Positions 47,730 through 59,932 of a DNA stretch of 64,000 bases are shown piece by piece. The notes under the pieces are model-generated. The model was not told the DNA's origin and did no database searches. It worked only from the letters and a program-made list of their open reading frames with translations. This DNA comes from an uncultured Gemmatimonadaceae bacterium (GTDB lineage Bacteria > Gemmatimonadota > Gemmatimonadetes > Gemmatimonadales > Gemmatimonadaceae): assembly GCA_963757185.1 (NCBI GenBank), contig CAVWQI010000003.1, positions 1 to 64,000 of the forward strand. Direction: 5' to 3'. Each line of letters begins with the position of its first letter. Position 1 is the first letter of the stretch. The translations under genes and the position numbers were made by a program.

Positions 47730-49004
47730 ACTTAGGCCAGCCATTCTGTGGAATCCCCTTGGTGATTTTGAGTGCATTCTCGAAATAGACCTTCTTCAGC
47801 ACACTGTCCGGCAGCCCGATGCCGTAGAGCTTCCAAAACGCGTGATACGGTCGGTAGTAGTCGAAGTAGTCGTCGTTCGTCTCGAAGACGCGCCAATAAT
47901 ATGGGTATTCCTCCGGCTGGAAGGAGTCTTTGCCGAAAAGAATCCGGTCCTGATACTTGATGAAGAAATCATGCGCGGCTCGCGGCTGGCGCCCGATGTC
48001 GTAGAGCACCGCGCCCACTTCCGTGTAGACGTTCGGCATCTCGTCCAGCATCTTGGACAGAGCGCCGAGGTCGTTCGCGTGCCACCCCATGTGCGCGGCG
48101 ACGAACGTCGTCTTGGGGTGCTTGCGGAACAGGTTGTCCCGCTCGGTCATCAGCTCCTCGAAGCTCGGAAACTTGTCCTGCGGATAGCGCCTGTCCGCGA
48201 ACAGCGAGAGCTCGAGCCAACGCTCGTTCGTGTAGTCGATCGGCTTGAAGAATTCCTGTGGGTCGGCCGTGTGGATGAACACCGGAAGGCCGAGCCGGGC
48301 ACACTCGTCCCAGATCGGGTCGAGCTCGGGGTCGTCGATGCGCAAACGCGAGCCGTCGGGCTTTCGAACCGACAGCCCGAGGCTCTTCGAGATTTCTCCT
48401 ACGCCGACCGCGCCGGCGGCGATGTCCGCGTCGAGTTGCTTGATCGCGCCGGCCGCCCACTCCGGCCCCACGTTTCTGAAGTTGATGCCGGCGAGAATGC
48501 GCACCCGCTCCTTCATCGCCGGAGACGCCGCGACCGCCGTGAGCACGCTCTTCAAACGGTCGCCCGACAGATTGTCCGCGCTGATCATCATCCGCACGTT
48601 CAGGCTGTCGAGCGACGCCTTGAGCGACGCAAGCCCTTCCGCCGAGGCGATGAGATTCCCCGGATGTCCGTGGAAATCGATCGCCGGATACTTGGCGGTC
48701 GGCACGAGATGCGCCGGCACGATCAACGTCGACTTCGGCCGGTAATCGAGAATACTCGGCGGCGTGCCATCCGGGGCCATGCAGCTGCGCGGGCGAATCT
48801 CCGTCGTACCGGGTGGACACGACTCGCCCGCCGGAATCGGAGAGCCGCGTCCGCCGCCGCGCCCGGCGCCGCGCCCGCCGCCAGTGGGCGGGTTCTGCGC
48901 CGAAAGCATCGCGGGAAGCAGCAGGCTCGCCAAGACGAAACTGCTCCCACGGAGGCGAAACTTGTGTCCGCGGTCCGCCGGTCCACCGGTCCACCGGTCC
49001 ACCG

Positions 49005-49008
<4 letters not shown>
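47728..49008 (-). CDS. amidohydrolase family (PF04909-like TIM-barrel metal hydrolase), secreted
   Basis: The ORF runs 47728..49473. The ATG at 49008 overlaps the S9 peptidase stop (ATGA) and begins MTVDRWTGGPADRGHKFRLRGSSFVLASLLLPAMLSAQ. Codons 3-14 are encoded by the octamer repeat. A Gly/Arg-rich tract (GGGRGAGRGGGRG) follows the signal. Confidence 0.75.
48969..49005 (-). repeat. (CGGTGGAC)n octamer repeat, about 4.5 units, inside the 5' end of the amidohydrolase CDS
   Basis: The plus strand reads CGCGGTCCGCCGGTCCACCGGTCCACCGGTCCACCGT. Three full units (24 nt) keep the reading frame. Confidence 0.9.
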
Positions 49009-52106
<3,098 letters not shown>

Positions 52107-52328
52107 GATCCAACCTCCTGGGGTGCATCGGGCTGAGAATCAAGATTCCGTGCTTCACTTGGCGAGCCGGGTGCGGCGGAGCAGCGAACCGGTGGGAATG
52201 ACCGCTACAATACGCCCGACATGAGAACGTGGGAAGCTGCCTCAGCGCTGTTGCGCCGGGCCCGCTGGATGGCGTGTTTACCAACGCCTTGCAACCACGA
52301 TCGACTCCCTCCCGCACGAGGATCTCCC

Positions 52329-54143
52329 TTGAGCTCACGCCGTGATTTCATCGTCCAAGCGCCGCTCGGATTGCTCGGCGCCGCCGCCGCGTGCAGCGGC
52401 GGGGGAACGCCTCAAACGCCATCAGGCTCATCGGGGGTTCCGAGCACGCCCGGCGCTCCGCCGACGTTCGGAACGGCGCCCGCGGTGGGACCCGCGGTGT
52501 CGCCCGAGACATTCGCCGAAGCGGAGAAGCTCGCACAGGTCACGCTGACCGACGCGCAGCGCGCGATGGCCGCGTCGAGCTGGCGTACGTCGATGGCGTT
52601 CCTGCTCGAGCGCCGCGCCGGGCCGCGGAAGGTGCCGATCGACGCGAGCGTCGCGCCCGCGACGAAGTGGAACCCCGCGCTTCCGAACGAGAAAATCGGC
52701 CCCTCGCGCGATCGGTTCGTGCGCAGTGCTCCGGACTCCGCACCCCTCCCGACCGCCGACGATGACATTGCCTTCGCGCCGGTGACGCGGCTGTCGCGTT
52801 GGATCGAGACGAAGAAGCTCACCTCCACGCGGCTCACCAACATCTATCTCGATCGCATTCAGCGCCTCGATCCCAAGCTTCGTTGCATCATCACCCTCAC
52901 GCGCGACAACGCGCTCGCGCAGGCGAAGCAGGCCGACGCCGAAATCTCGGCGGGGAAGTATCGCGGGCCGCTGCACGGCATCCCCTGGGGCGGCAAGGAT
53001 CTCCTCGACACGGCCGGAATTCCGACGACGTATGGCGCCGAGTTCTATCGCAACCGCGTTCCCACGGCCGATGCTGCCGTCGTCGCGCGCCTCCGCGAGG
53101 CCGGCGCCGTCCTCATCGCGAAGCTCAGCCTCGGCGCGCTCGCGCTCAACGACATCTGGTTCGGCGGTCAGACGATGAACCCGTGGTTGCTCGAGGAAGG
53201 CGCGTCGGGCTCGAGCGCGGGGCCGGGCGCGGCGACGGCCGCTGGACTCGTGGGCTTCTCGATCGGCAGCGAAACGGGCGGCAGCATCATCGCGCCCTCG
53301 ATGCGCTGCGGCGTGAACGGTCTGCGCCCCACGTTCGGCCGAGTGCCGCGCAGCGGCGCGATGACATTGTGCTGGTCACTCGACAAGCTCGGCCCGATGA
53401 CGCGGAGTGTGGAGGACACGATGCTCGTTCTGCACGCGATCGCCGGTCCCGACGCGGGCGATCTGGCGAGCGTGCCCGCGCATCTCGACTTCGGCGCCGG
53501 CGACAGCGTGAAGGGACTCCGCGTCGGCTACTTCCCCGCGTGGATGAAGGAGGCGCCAGCGACGGAGGTAGACCGCGCCGCGCTCGACACGATCAAGTCG
53601 GTCGGCATGGTCCCGGTCGAGGTGTCGCTTCCCGATTGGCCGTACGACTCGTTGCAGTTGATTCTGTTCGCCGAGGCCGCGGCGTCGTTCGAGGACATCA
53701 CGCTCGACGGGCGGGCCGATCAGTTGAAGGCGCAGGTGGCGGACGCGTGGCCGAATCTCTTCCGGGAAGCGCGGTTTCTGTCGGCGGTGGACTTCGTGCA
53801 GGCGGATCGCTTCCGCAGGATGGTCGCGGGCGAAATGGCGCGGATCTTCTCCAAGGTCGATCTGTTGCTGGTGCCGTCGCTGCGCGACGAGATGCTGACG
53901 ATCTCGAATTTCACGGGCCAGCCGTCGCTCACGCTGAGAGCCGGTTTCGTGAACGTGACGGAGGCCCGGAGCGACTGGGCGCCTGACCCGAAAAACCCGC
54001 TCCCCAAGTTCAATCCGCCGCGGCGCGTGCCGCACGGGATCACGCTGCTCGCGCCGCTCTTCGAGGAGGGCCGGCTCGTGCAAGCCGGCATCGTGCTCGA
54101 GCGGGCGTTCAACGTCGTCGGCGAGAGGCCGCCCGGTTTTTGA
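52329..54143 (+). CDS. Tat-secreted amidase (amidase signature family)
   Basis: The ORF runs 52221..54143. The probable TTG start near 52329 gives the Tat signal SSRRDFIVQAPLGLLGAAAAC. Amidase signature GSSAGPGAATAAGLVGFSIGSETGGSIIAPS. Confidence 0.85.
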   Translation: MSSRRDFIVQAPLGLLGAAAACSGGGTPQTPSGSSGVPSTPGAPPTFGTAPAVGPAVSPETFAEAEKLAQVTLTDAQRAMAASSWRTSMAFLLERRAGPRKVPIDASVAPATKWNPALPNEKIGPSRDRFVRSAPDSAPLPTADDDIAFAPVTRLSRWIETKKLTSTRLTNIYLDRIQRLDPKLRCIITLTRDNALAQAKQADAEISAGKYRGPLHGIPWGGKDLLDTAGIPTTYGAEFYRNRVPTADAAVVARLREAGAVLIAKLSLGALALNDIWFGGQTMNPWLLEEGASGSSAGPGAATAAGLVGFSIGSETGGSIIAPSMRCGVNGLRPTFGRVPRSGAMTLCWSLDKLGPMTRSVEDTMLVLHAIAGPDAGDLASVPAHLDFGAGDSVKGLRVGYFPAWMKEAPATEVDRAALDTIKSVGMVPVEVSLPDWPYDSLQLILFAEAAASFEDITLDGRADQLKAQVADAWPNLFREARFLSAVDFVQADRFRRMVAGEMARIFSKVDLLLVPSLRDEMLTISNFTGQPSLTLRAGFVNVTEARSDWAPDPKNPLPKFNPPRRVPHGITLLAPLFEEGRLVQAGIVLERAFNVVGERPPGF

Positions 54144-54209
54144 GAGCGGTTTTGTCGGCGCACGTCGGCTTCACCCGTGCGATCGAGCCACGCTGCCGTG
54201 AGAGAAGAA

Positions 54210-54347
54210 TTCAACGCAGATGACGCAGATCTGAACGGCAAGCCCGCAGATTGAAACTGCGGGGTCGTCGTTGAACACACTTTGCTTTCATCTGCGGCAA
54301 TCGCTTTTCAAATCTGCGTCGTCTGCGTTGAGTTTTTCTCGAACGAC
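54210..54347. repeat. short palindromic element related to MITE family 1 (about 140 bp)
   Basis: TIRs TTCAACGCAGATGACGCAGATCTG ... CAAATCTGCGTCGTCTGCGTTGAG share the TCAACGCAGA(G/T)GACGCAG core with family 1. An internal hairpin reads CCCGCAGATTGAAACTGCGGG. It lies between convergent genes. Confidence 0.55.
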
Positions 54348-54371
54348 CAGAGGGAAATGATTCTCGTCGCG

Positions 54372-55049
54372 TCACCCGGTTGGCAGGCTCGGTAGCCACG
54401 CGGCTGTCGCTGTACCGACTTCCTCGAGCACCGCCGCGTCGTTCCGCCCGCTCGACTTGAGCACGTGAAAACTGTGATCGGCGCCTTCGAGCCAGTGCAT
54501 TTCCCACCGCGTCGGGACGGACTTCAACACGCGCTCCATCAAGGCGGGCGTGCAGAATGGGTCGCGCGTGCCGCTGAAGCAAAGCACCGGCATCGTGATC
54601 CGCGGGAGGTGAGCGTCGCGAAGTTGCTCGGGCTTTCCCGGCGGGTGAAGCGGATAGGCGAGCAACAGCAGGCCGTCGGCCGCGAATCCGTCCGCCGCCA
54701 GCATCGACGCCGCGCGTCCGCCCATCGATCGTCCGCCGATCACGAGCGGCCGCCGCGGGCCAAGCTCACGCCGAACGTGTTCGACGACTGCCGCGAAAGT
54801 CTGCATCAACTTTGGCATCGGATCCGGCCCGCCCGCCCCGCGCTCCTTGTACAAGAAATTGAATCGCACAACGCCGAGTCCGCGCCGGCGCAACTCGTTG
54901 GCCGCGGCGAGTGTCGCGCGGTCGGACATGCTGCCGCCCGCGCCGTGCGCGCAGATGAACAACGCGCCGGCATCGCCGCTCGTCGCCGGCTCGTACGCGG
55001 CGCTCGTCGTCGCGTCGCCGACCGACACGCGCCACTGGGTAGCCGTCAT
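54372..55049 (-). CDS. alpha/beta hydrolase (KANL3/Tex30-like predicted hydrolase)
   Basis: The ORF runs 54372..55352. The real start is MTATQWRVSV at 55049, overlapping the helicase stop (ATGA). GGRSMGG nucleophile elbow. Confidence 0.7.
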   Translation of the reverse strand: MTATQWRVSVGDATTSAAYEPATSGDAGALFICAHGAGGSMSDRATLAAANELRRRGLGVVRFNFLYKERGAGGPDPMPKLMQTFAAVVEHVRRELGPRRPLVIGGRSMGGRAASMLAADGFAADGLLLLAYPLHPPGKPEQLRDAHLPRITMPVLCFSGTRDPFCTPALMERVLKSVPTRWEMHWLEGADHSFHVLKSSGRNDAAVLEEVGTATAAWLPSLPTG

Positions 55050-57991
55050 GGCATTCCCGCGGCTGCCGGCGTGAGGCCGGCCTCGTCGAGAAACCGATGT
55101 CCGCGCGTCGGCTTGCCCGAACGCGTCACGTCGTGGGTCAACACGAGGCGGTCGCGCACGCGGGTCATCCCGACGTAGAGCAGCCGTCGCGCCTCTTCGA
55201 TTTCGGCCGGCGTCGGTCCGGAGGTGGGCGAGCCGCCAGGGAGCTGTGAGTCTTCGACGCCCACGATGTACACCCGCGAGAACTCGAGTCCCTTCGTCGA
55301 GTGGAGCGTGAGCAGGTTCACCCGCCCGCGCGCGGGATCCACTCCGTCCCACTTCGACAACACCGCGCGCTCGAGGAACGACGAGATCTGTTCTCCGAGT
55401 GGTCGATCGGGAATTTCCGCGATGAGGCGTCGCAGCCGCGCCATCGCGGCCGGGTACCGCTCGTCAGCCGACTTCTCCGCCCGGATCTTGAGCATGAGAC
55501 GCGCGCCGCCGAGCCGCTCGATCACCTCGTCGACGGTCGGGATCGAGAGGTCGCCGGCCTGCTCGCGCTCGTAGCTCTCGAGGCAGGTGCTATAGCGGCC
55601 GAGCGAGAAGGCGCGACAAATCCCGAGGAACATCTGCGCCTCGGGCGAGAGCGATCGGGGATCACTCAGCGCGAGCGCGACGCCGAGTTGGTCGAGAACG
55701 CTCACGAGGGCGGTCTTCCGCGCGCGACAGCTCTTCTCACGGTCCAGCGCGAGCACCACGCTGGCGAGCGTTCGCGAATCGTCGAGTGCCTGGTGCGACC
55801 GTCCCGCGGCGATTCCGAATTGCCGCGCCAGATCGACAAGCTTGCGGCTCGTCGGAAACAGGTCGCGGGCGAGCGGCAGCGTGTCGTACGTGTGCATGCT
55901 GAATCGTTCGTCCGGCCCGATCGCCCGCACCATCCGCTGGAGAATTCGAAAATCGAAGTCGTATCCGTTGTGTGCGACGAGAACGTCTTCACCGCAGAAC
56001 TCGCGGAATCGCGGCCAGATTTCCTCGAAATACGGAGCGTTCGCGACGTCGGCGTCGCTCAAGCCGTGCGTCTGCGTCGCGCCGGGCGCAATCGGGACGC
56101 GCGGCCGGACGACCGCCTCGAAGGTCTCGGCGATCTGTCCGCCCCGCACACGCACCGCGGCGATCTGCACGATTTCGGCCTTCGCCGTGTCGTCGTCGGT
56201 CGTCTCGAGGTCGATCGCCGTGAAATCACCGAACGCCTCGTCCAGCTCGTCCATCTCGAGCAGCTGCGCCGCCTTGAACACGCCGAGCGCCAGCCCGGTC
56301 TCGGCGCACTCGGTAGCCGCGATCACTTCGGCGCCCGCCGACGGCGCGCCGCCCAATTCCACGGCGGTGATCCCGACCGCGCCCAGGATCGCCTTGAGCC
56401 CGATCTCGGCGCCGCCGAAACGAGGGAGCCACACCGTCGCCCGTTCTCGGCGCGCCGCGGCGAGACGATTCTTGAGCGCGACGACGTCGGGAACCGCCGC
56501 CGGATCCGTGATCTCGTCGTGGCGGTCCTCGAGCACCGAGCGGATCTTGCCGACGCGGCGCGACAAGAGATCCAGCACGAGCGGTCCGAGCCCCGAATGT
56601 CGCCTCATGAGCGCGTCGAGGTTGCGCCAGTCGGCGAGTGCTCGGCGAATGCGGCGCCCCGTCTCGTCCTGACGCGGCCGATGCTTCTCGATTCTGCGAA
56701 GCTCCTGCCGCACATCGTGCCGGCTGCGAGCCGCGCGGGCGCGTGCTTCATCGAGCAGTGGCTTTGGCAGCAGCGTCGCGAGAAACTGATCGACGAAGAC
56801 GTCGTTCTTCGGCGCGCTCATCACGCGCAGCGCCGCGATCACGTACGCGACGACGGGATCGTCGGCGAGCGCGCGCCCCAACGCGAGGCGGCAGGGAATG
56901 CCCGCGTTGAGCAGCGCCGCCTCCAGCACGTGTCCGATCTCGTGCGTGCGATAGAGGAGAGCGACGTCGCCCCAGTCGTGGCCATGTTGCGCGCGGTCCC
57001 GTTGCAGATCCGCCACCAGCCACGCGGCTTCCTTGTCGTCGTCGTCGAAGAGCTCGACGCCGACGGGGAACGCCGAGACTCGATCCGCCTTCGGTTCGAC
57101 CGTCTTGACCACGGTGGTCGTGTTGAGCGTCACGAGGCGCCGAGCCAGCTCGAAGACGTCGCGCGGGCAACGGCGGTTTTCCTCGAGGCAGATGCCCGAC
57201 GCGAGCTTGAAGTCGTTCAGGAAGTTTCGGAAGACGGCCGGGTCCGCGCCGGCCCACGAATAGATCGATTGCTCGTCGTCGCCGACGGCGAACACGTGAC
57301 GGTGATCCTTGGCCAGCGCCTTCACGATCCGGTATTGGACCGGATTCAGATCCTGAAATTCGTCGACGAGGACGACGTCCCATCGGGCGCGCACGGCTCG
57401 CCCTTCGTCGTCTCGCTCGAGCAACTCGGCGGCCTTGATGACGAGAGTATCGAAGTCGACGACTTTGCGGGTCGCGAGGAATCGTTCGTAGCGCGCGAAG
57501 AGCACCGTGTCGTCGTGGAGCAGCGCGTCGCCGCGAAAGCGGTGCGCCGAAAACCGATTTAGCGTTCCGCTGTGCCACCGCCGATAGCCCTCGATACGAC
57601 GCAGGACGCTGAGTTGGTACTCCTCGTCGGCGATGCCGAAGCCCGGTTCCAGCAGCACGTGCGCGCCGAGCTCGCGCAGCAACTCGGCGCAAAACGCGTG
57701 AATCGTTCCGCGCTTGATGTGCGCCGCCGCGGCACCGAGCGTGGACTCTAGGCGGTGCGCGATTTCGCCCGCGGCTTTGTTGGTGAAGGTGAAGGCGCAG
57801 ATGCGCGCCGGATCGACGCCCAGCTGCTGCACGAGATGACGGACGCGCTCGATGAGGCAGTACGTCTTGCCGGCGCCGGGTCCGGCGAGGACCAGCAGCG
57901 GTCCCGCCGGAGCCGTGATCGCCGCTCGTTGTGAATCGGACGCCGCCCGCGCCGGCGGTGCGAAACTCTCGCGGGCGGCGGACGTCGTCAC
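55046..57991 (-). CDS. UvrD/PcrA-family SF1A helicase with internal DnaQ-like DEDDh 3'-5' exonuclease domain
   Basis: 981 aa. The N-terminus has Walker A LVLAGPGAGKTY, then AFTFTNKAAGE and VLVDEFQDLN. The exonuclease motifs are FTAIDLETTDDD (Exo I), AHNGYDFDFRIL (Exo II) and HQALDDSRT (Exo III). The C-terminus has UvrD_C motifs (LLTLHSTKGLEF, LLYVGMTRVRDRL). Confidence 0.85.
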   Translation of the reverse strand: MTTSAARESFAPPARAASDSQRAAITAPAGPLLVLAGPGAGKTYCLIERVRHLVQQLGVDPARICAFTFTNKAAGEIAHRLESTLGAAAAHIKRGTIHAFCAELLRELGAHVLLEPGFGIADEEYQLSVLRRIEGYRRWHSGTLNRFSAHRFRGDALLHDDTVLFARYERFLATRKVVDFDTLVIKAAELLERDDEGRAVRARWDVVLVDEFQDLNPVQYRIVKALAKDHRHVFAVGDDEQSIYSWAGADPAVFRNFLNDFKLASGICLEENRRCPRDVFELARRLVTLNTTTVVKTVEPKADRVSAFPVGVELFDDDDKEAAWLVADLQRDRAQHGHDWGDVALLYRTHEIGHVLEAALLNAGIPCRLALGRALADDPVVAYVIAALRVMSAPKNDVFVDQFLATLLPKPLLDEARARAARSRHDVRQELRRIEKHRPRQDETGRRIRRALADWRNLDALMRRHSGLGPLVLDLLSRRVGKIRSVLEDRHDEITDPAAVPDVVALKNRLAAARRERATVWLPRFGGAEIGLKAILGAVGITAVELGGAPSAGAEVIAATECAETGLALGVFKAAQLLEMDELDEAFGDFTAIDLETTDDDTAKAEIVQIAAVRVRGGQIAETFEAVVRPRVPIAPGATQTHGLSDADVANAPYFEEIWPRFREFCGEDVLVAHNGYDFDFRILQRMVRAIGPDERFSMHTYDTLPLARDLFPTSRKLVDLARQFGIAAGRSHQALDDSRTLASVVLALDREKSCRARKTALVSVLDQLGVALALSDPRSLSPEAQMFLGICRAFSLGRYSTCLESYEREQAGDLSIPTVDEVIERLGGARLMLKIRAEKSADERYPAAMARLRRLIAEIPDRPLGEQISSFLERAVLSKWDGVDPARGRVNLLTLHSTKGLEFSRVYIVGVEDSQLPGGSPTSGPTPAEIEEARRLLYVGMTRVRDRLVLTHDVTRSGKPTRGHRFLDEAGLTPAAAGMP

Positions 57992-57998
57992 GCTCGGA

Positions 57999-58556
57999 CT
58001 ACCGCGCGTACGTGGCGTTCAGTTGCGCTTTGGCGAGCGTGTGCCCGTGGAGGTTGAACCCGACATACGCCGCGGTCGCGCCGGCGGGAATGTCCAGCTT
58101 GTCGGTATCGAGGGCAAAGAGCGTGATGTGGTAGTGGTGCGCCTTGTCCTTCGGCGGCGGGCACGGGCCGCCGTAGCCTGGCACTCCGAAGTCGGTATTG
58201 CCCTGCACGGAGCCCGCGGGGAGAAGATTCTTTTTCGGATCGCCGGCGCCGCCGGCGAGCGAGGTCGCGCTCGCGGGGATGTTGTACACGACCCAATGCC
58301 ACCACCCGCTGCCGGTCGGGGCGTCGGGGTCATACATCGTGAGCGCGAAGCTCTTCGTTCCGGCGGGAGCACCGCTCCACGACAGCGCTGGAGACAGGTT
58401 GTTCCCCGTGCAGCCCATGACGCCGGCGACCTGCGCGTTGGGAACGGTCTTGCCCTCGTGGATGTCGGGGCTCGTCAACTTGAACGAGGATTTCTGCGCG
58501 CCGGCACTCGACAGCGCGGTGAACGATGCGATCAGGAGGGCGATGTGTGATTTCAT
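57999..58556 (-). CDS. YbhB/YbcL (PEBP) family secreted protein
   Basis: 185 aa with a signal peptide (IALLIASFTALSSAGAQ). PEBP motifs (LTMYDPDAPTG, HHYHITLFAL). Confidence 0.8.
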   Translation of the reverse strand: MKSHIALLIASFTALSSAGAQKSSFKLTSPDIHEGKTVPNAQVAGVMGCTGNNLSPALSWSGAPAGTKSFALTMYDPDAPTGSGWWHWVVYNIPASATSLAGGAGDPKKNLLPAGSVQGNTDFGVPGYGGPCPPPKDKAHHYHITLFALDTDKLDIPAGATAAYVGFNLHGHTLAKAQLNATYAR

Positions 58557-58576
58557 GAGGATCTCCGATGGAAAAG

Positions 58577-58609
58577 GTCTCAGTCTCAGGTCTCAGGTCT
58601 CAGGTCTCG
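58577..58609. repeat. heptanucleotide tandem repeat (GTCTCAG), 4-5 units, about 20 nt upstream of the PEBP gene start
   Basis: GGTCTCAGTCTCAGGTCTCAGGTCTCAGGTCTCGG. It sits in the 5' leader/promoter region of the minus-strand gene starting at 58556. Confidence 0.85.
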
Positions 58610-58678
58610 GGAGTTCACTCGGAGGTGAGCCCAAGTTAGCCAAGTGGGAAGCGCTCGGTTCCCTGTGGAGCGGTTCAG

Positions 58679-58737
58679 CGGTTCACCGGTCCACCGGTCC
58701 ACCGTCCACCCGTCCACCGGTCCACCCGTCCACCCGA
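58679..58737 (-). repeat. degenerate (CGGTGGAC)n octamer/heptamer repeat, about 7 units
   Basis: CGGTTCACCGGTCCACCGGTCCACCGTCCACCCGTCCACCGGTCCACCCGTCCACCCGACC. It abuts the MFS gene stop and lies upstream of the PEBP gene. Confidence 0.85.
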
Positions 58738-58738
58738 C

Positions 58739-59932
58739 CTACGCCGCCGCCTTTTCGATCGGCCGATGGACGAAGACGAACACAGCCGCGGACGCGACCT
58801 GGAAGACCATGCCGAAAACGACGAGCGCGATCAAGCTCCGATTGTACAGCTGCCCCATGATCGCGCTGCCGAGGAACCACATGATGCCGAACACGCCGTT
58901 GAACGCGCCGAACGCGTGACCGCGCTTGTTCATGGACACCGCCTGCGCGATCCCCGCGCGAAGCGTGGCGTCCTGCACGCCGAGTCCCGCCGCCCAGCAC
59001 ATGACGGCGGCCGCGGCGCTCAACGGGCCGCCGAGGAATCCGAGCGGCAGCGCGAACATCGTCGCCAAAATGCCCACCACCAGCACCCAGATCCCGTACC
59101 GATCGAACAGGATGCCGCAGATGAACGCCGTCAGTCCCACGACGCCCATGGCGCCGGCGTACAAAATCGGAATCGTCTGCGGAGTGAACAGGCCGGTGTG
59201 CTGGAAGTGGTATCCGAGAAGTGGGAAGTCGAGAAAGCCCATGGCGAGCAGGCCGGACCCGACGACGTAGACCCAGAAGAGTCGCGTGAGCGGTTCGTCG
59301 GCTTTGGGCTTGGGCGGCGTGCCCTTGTTCGGCCGGTAGTGCATCGCGAGGAGCAACGACGCGAGCGCGAGCACGGCCGGGACTCCCAGCATGAGAAACG
59401 CCGGGCCGAACACGTGCGTGCGCGCGACTGCATACGCCACGTACAGCGGACCGATGATCGCGCCCGTCTGATCCATCGCCGCGTGGATGCCGAACCCTTT
59501 TCCGTGCCCGACGACGCCCGTCGCCTCCGACAGCAGCACGTCTCGCGCGGGGCCGCGAATGGCTTTTCCCGTGCGTTCGGCGATGATGAGAATCGCCGCC
59601 ATCTGCCACGTGTGGACGAAGGCCAGGCCAGGAATGGCGATCAGGTTCATCGCATATCCGGCGATGACGATCGGCCAGTAGGCGCGCGTTCGGTCGGCGA
59701 ACTTGCCCGAGAAGTAGCGAAGGCTGGCGGCCACCATTTCGCCGAATCCGGAGATCAAGCCGACCAGCGCCGCGGTGACGCCCAGGTCGTTGAGGAACGG
59801 CCCGATGCCGCTGTATGCGCCCTCGTACGTCATGTCAGCGAACAGGCTGACGATGCCGAGGCAAACGATGAAGCGGAACGCGGCCGCGCGCTCTGTCGAC
59901 GGCGTTGTCGGGGCGGTCAAGCGATCAGTCAA
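58739..59932 (-). CDS. MFS transporter
   Basis: 397 aa with 12 predicted TM segments and typical MFS loop motifs. Confidence 0.8.
   Translation of the reverse strand: MTDRLTAPTTPSTERAAAFRFIVCLGIVSLFADMTYEGAYSGIGPFLNDLGVTAALVGLISGFGEMVAASLRYFSGKFADRTRAYWPIVIAGYAMNLIAIPGLAFVHTWQMAAILIIAERTGKAIRGPARDVLLSEATGVVGHGKGFGIHAAMDQTGAIIGPLYVAYAVARTHVFGPAFLMLGVPAVLALASLLLAMHYRPNKGTPPKPKADEPLTRLFWVYVVGSGLLAMGFLDFPLLGYHFQHTGLFTPQTIPILYAGAMGVVGLTAFICGILFDRYGIWVLVVGILATMFALPLGFLGGPLSAAAAVMCWAAGLGVQDATLRAGIAQAVSMNKRGHAFGAFNGVFGIMWFLGSAIMGQLYNRSLIALVVFGMVFQVASAAVFVFVHRPIEKAAA

Noticed and set aside
55301-57562. 753-aa plus-strand ORF antisense to the UvrD-exonuclease gene
   Set aside because: It is antisense to a gene with helicase motifs I-VI and exonuclease motifs I-III. 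Its translation is Arg-rich.
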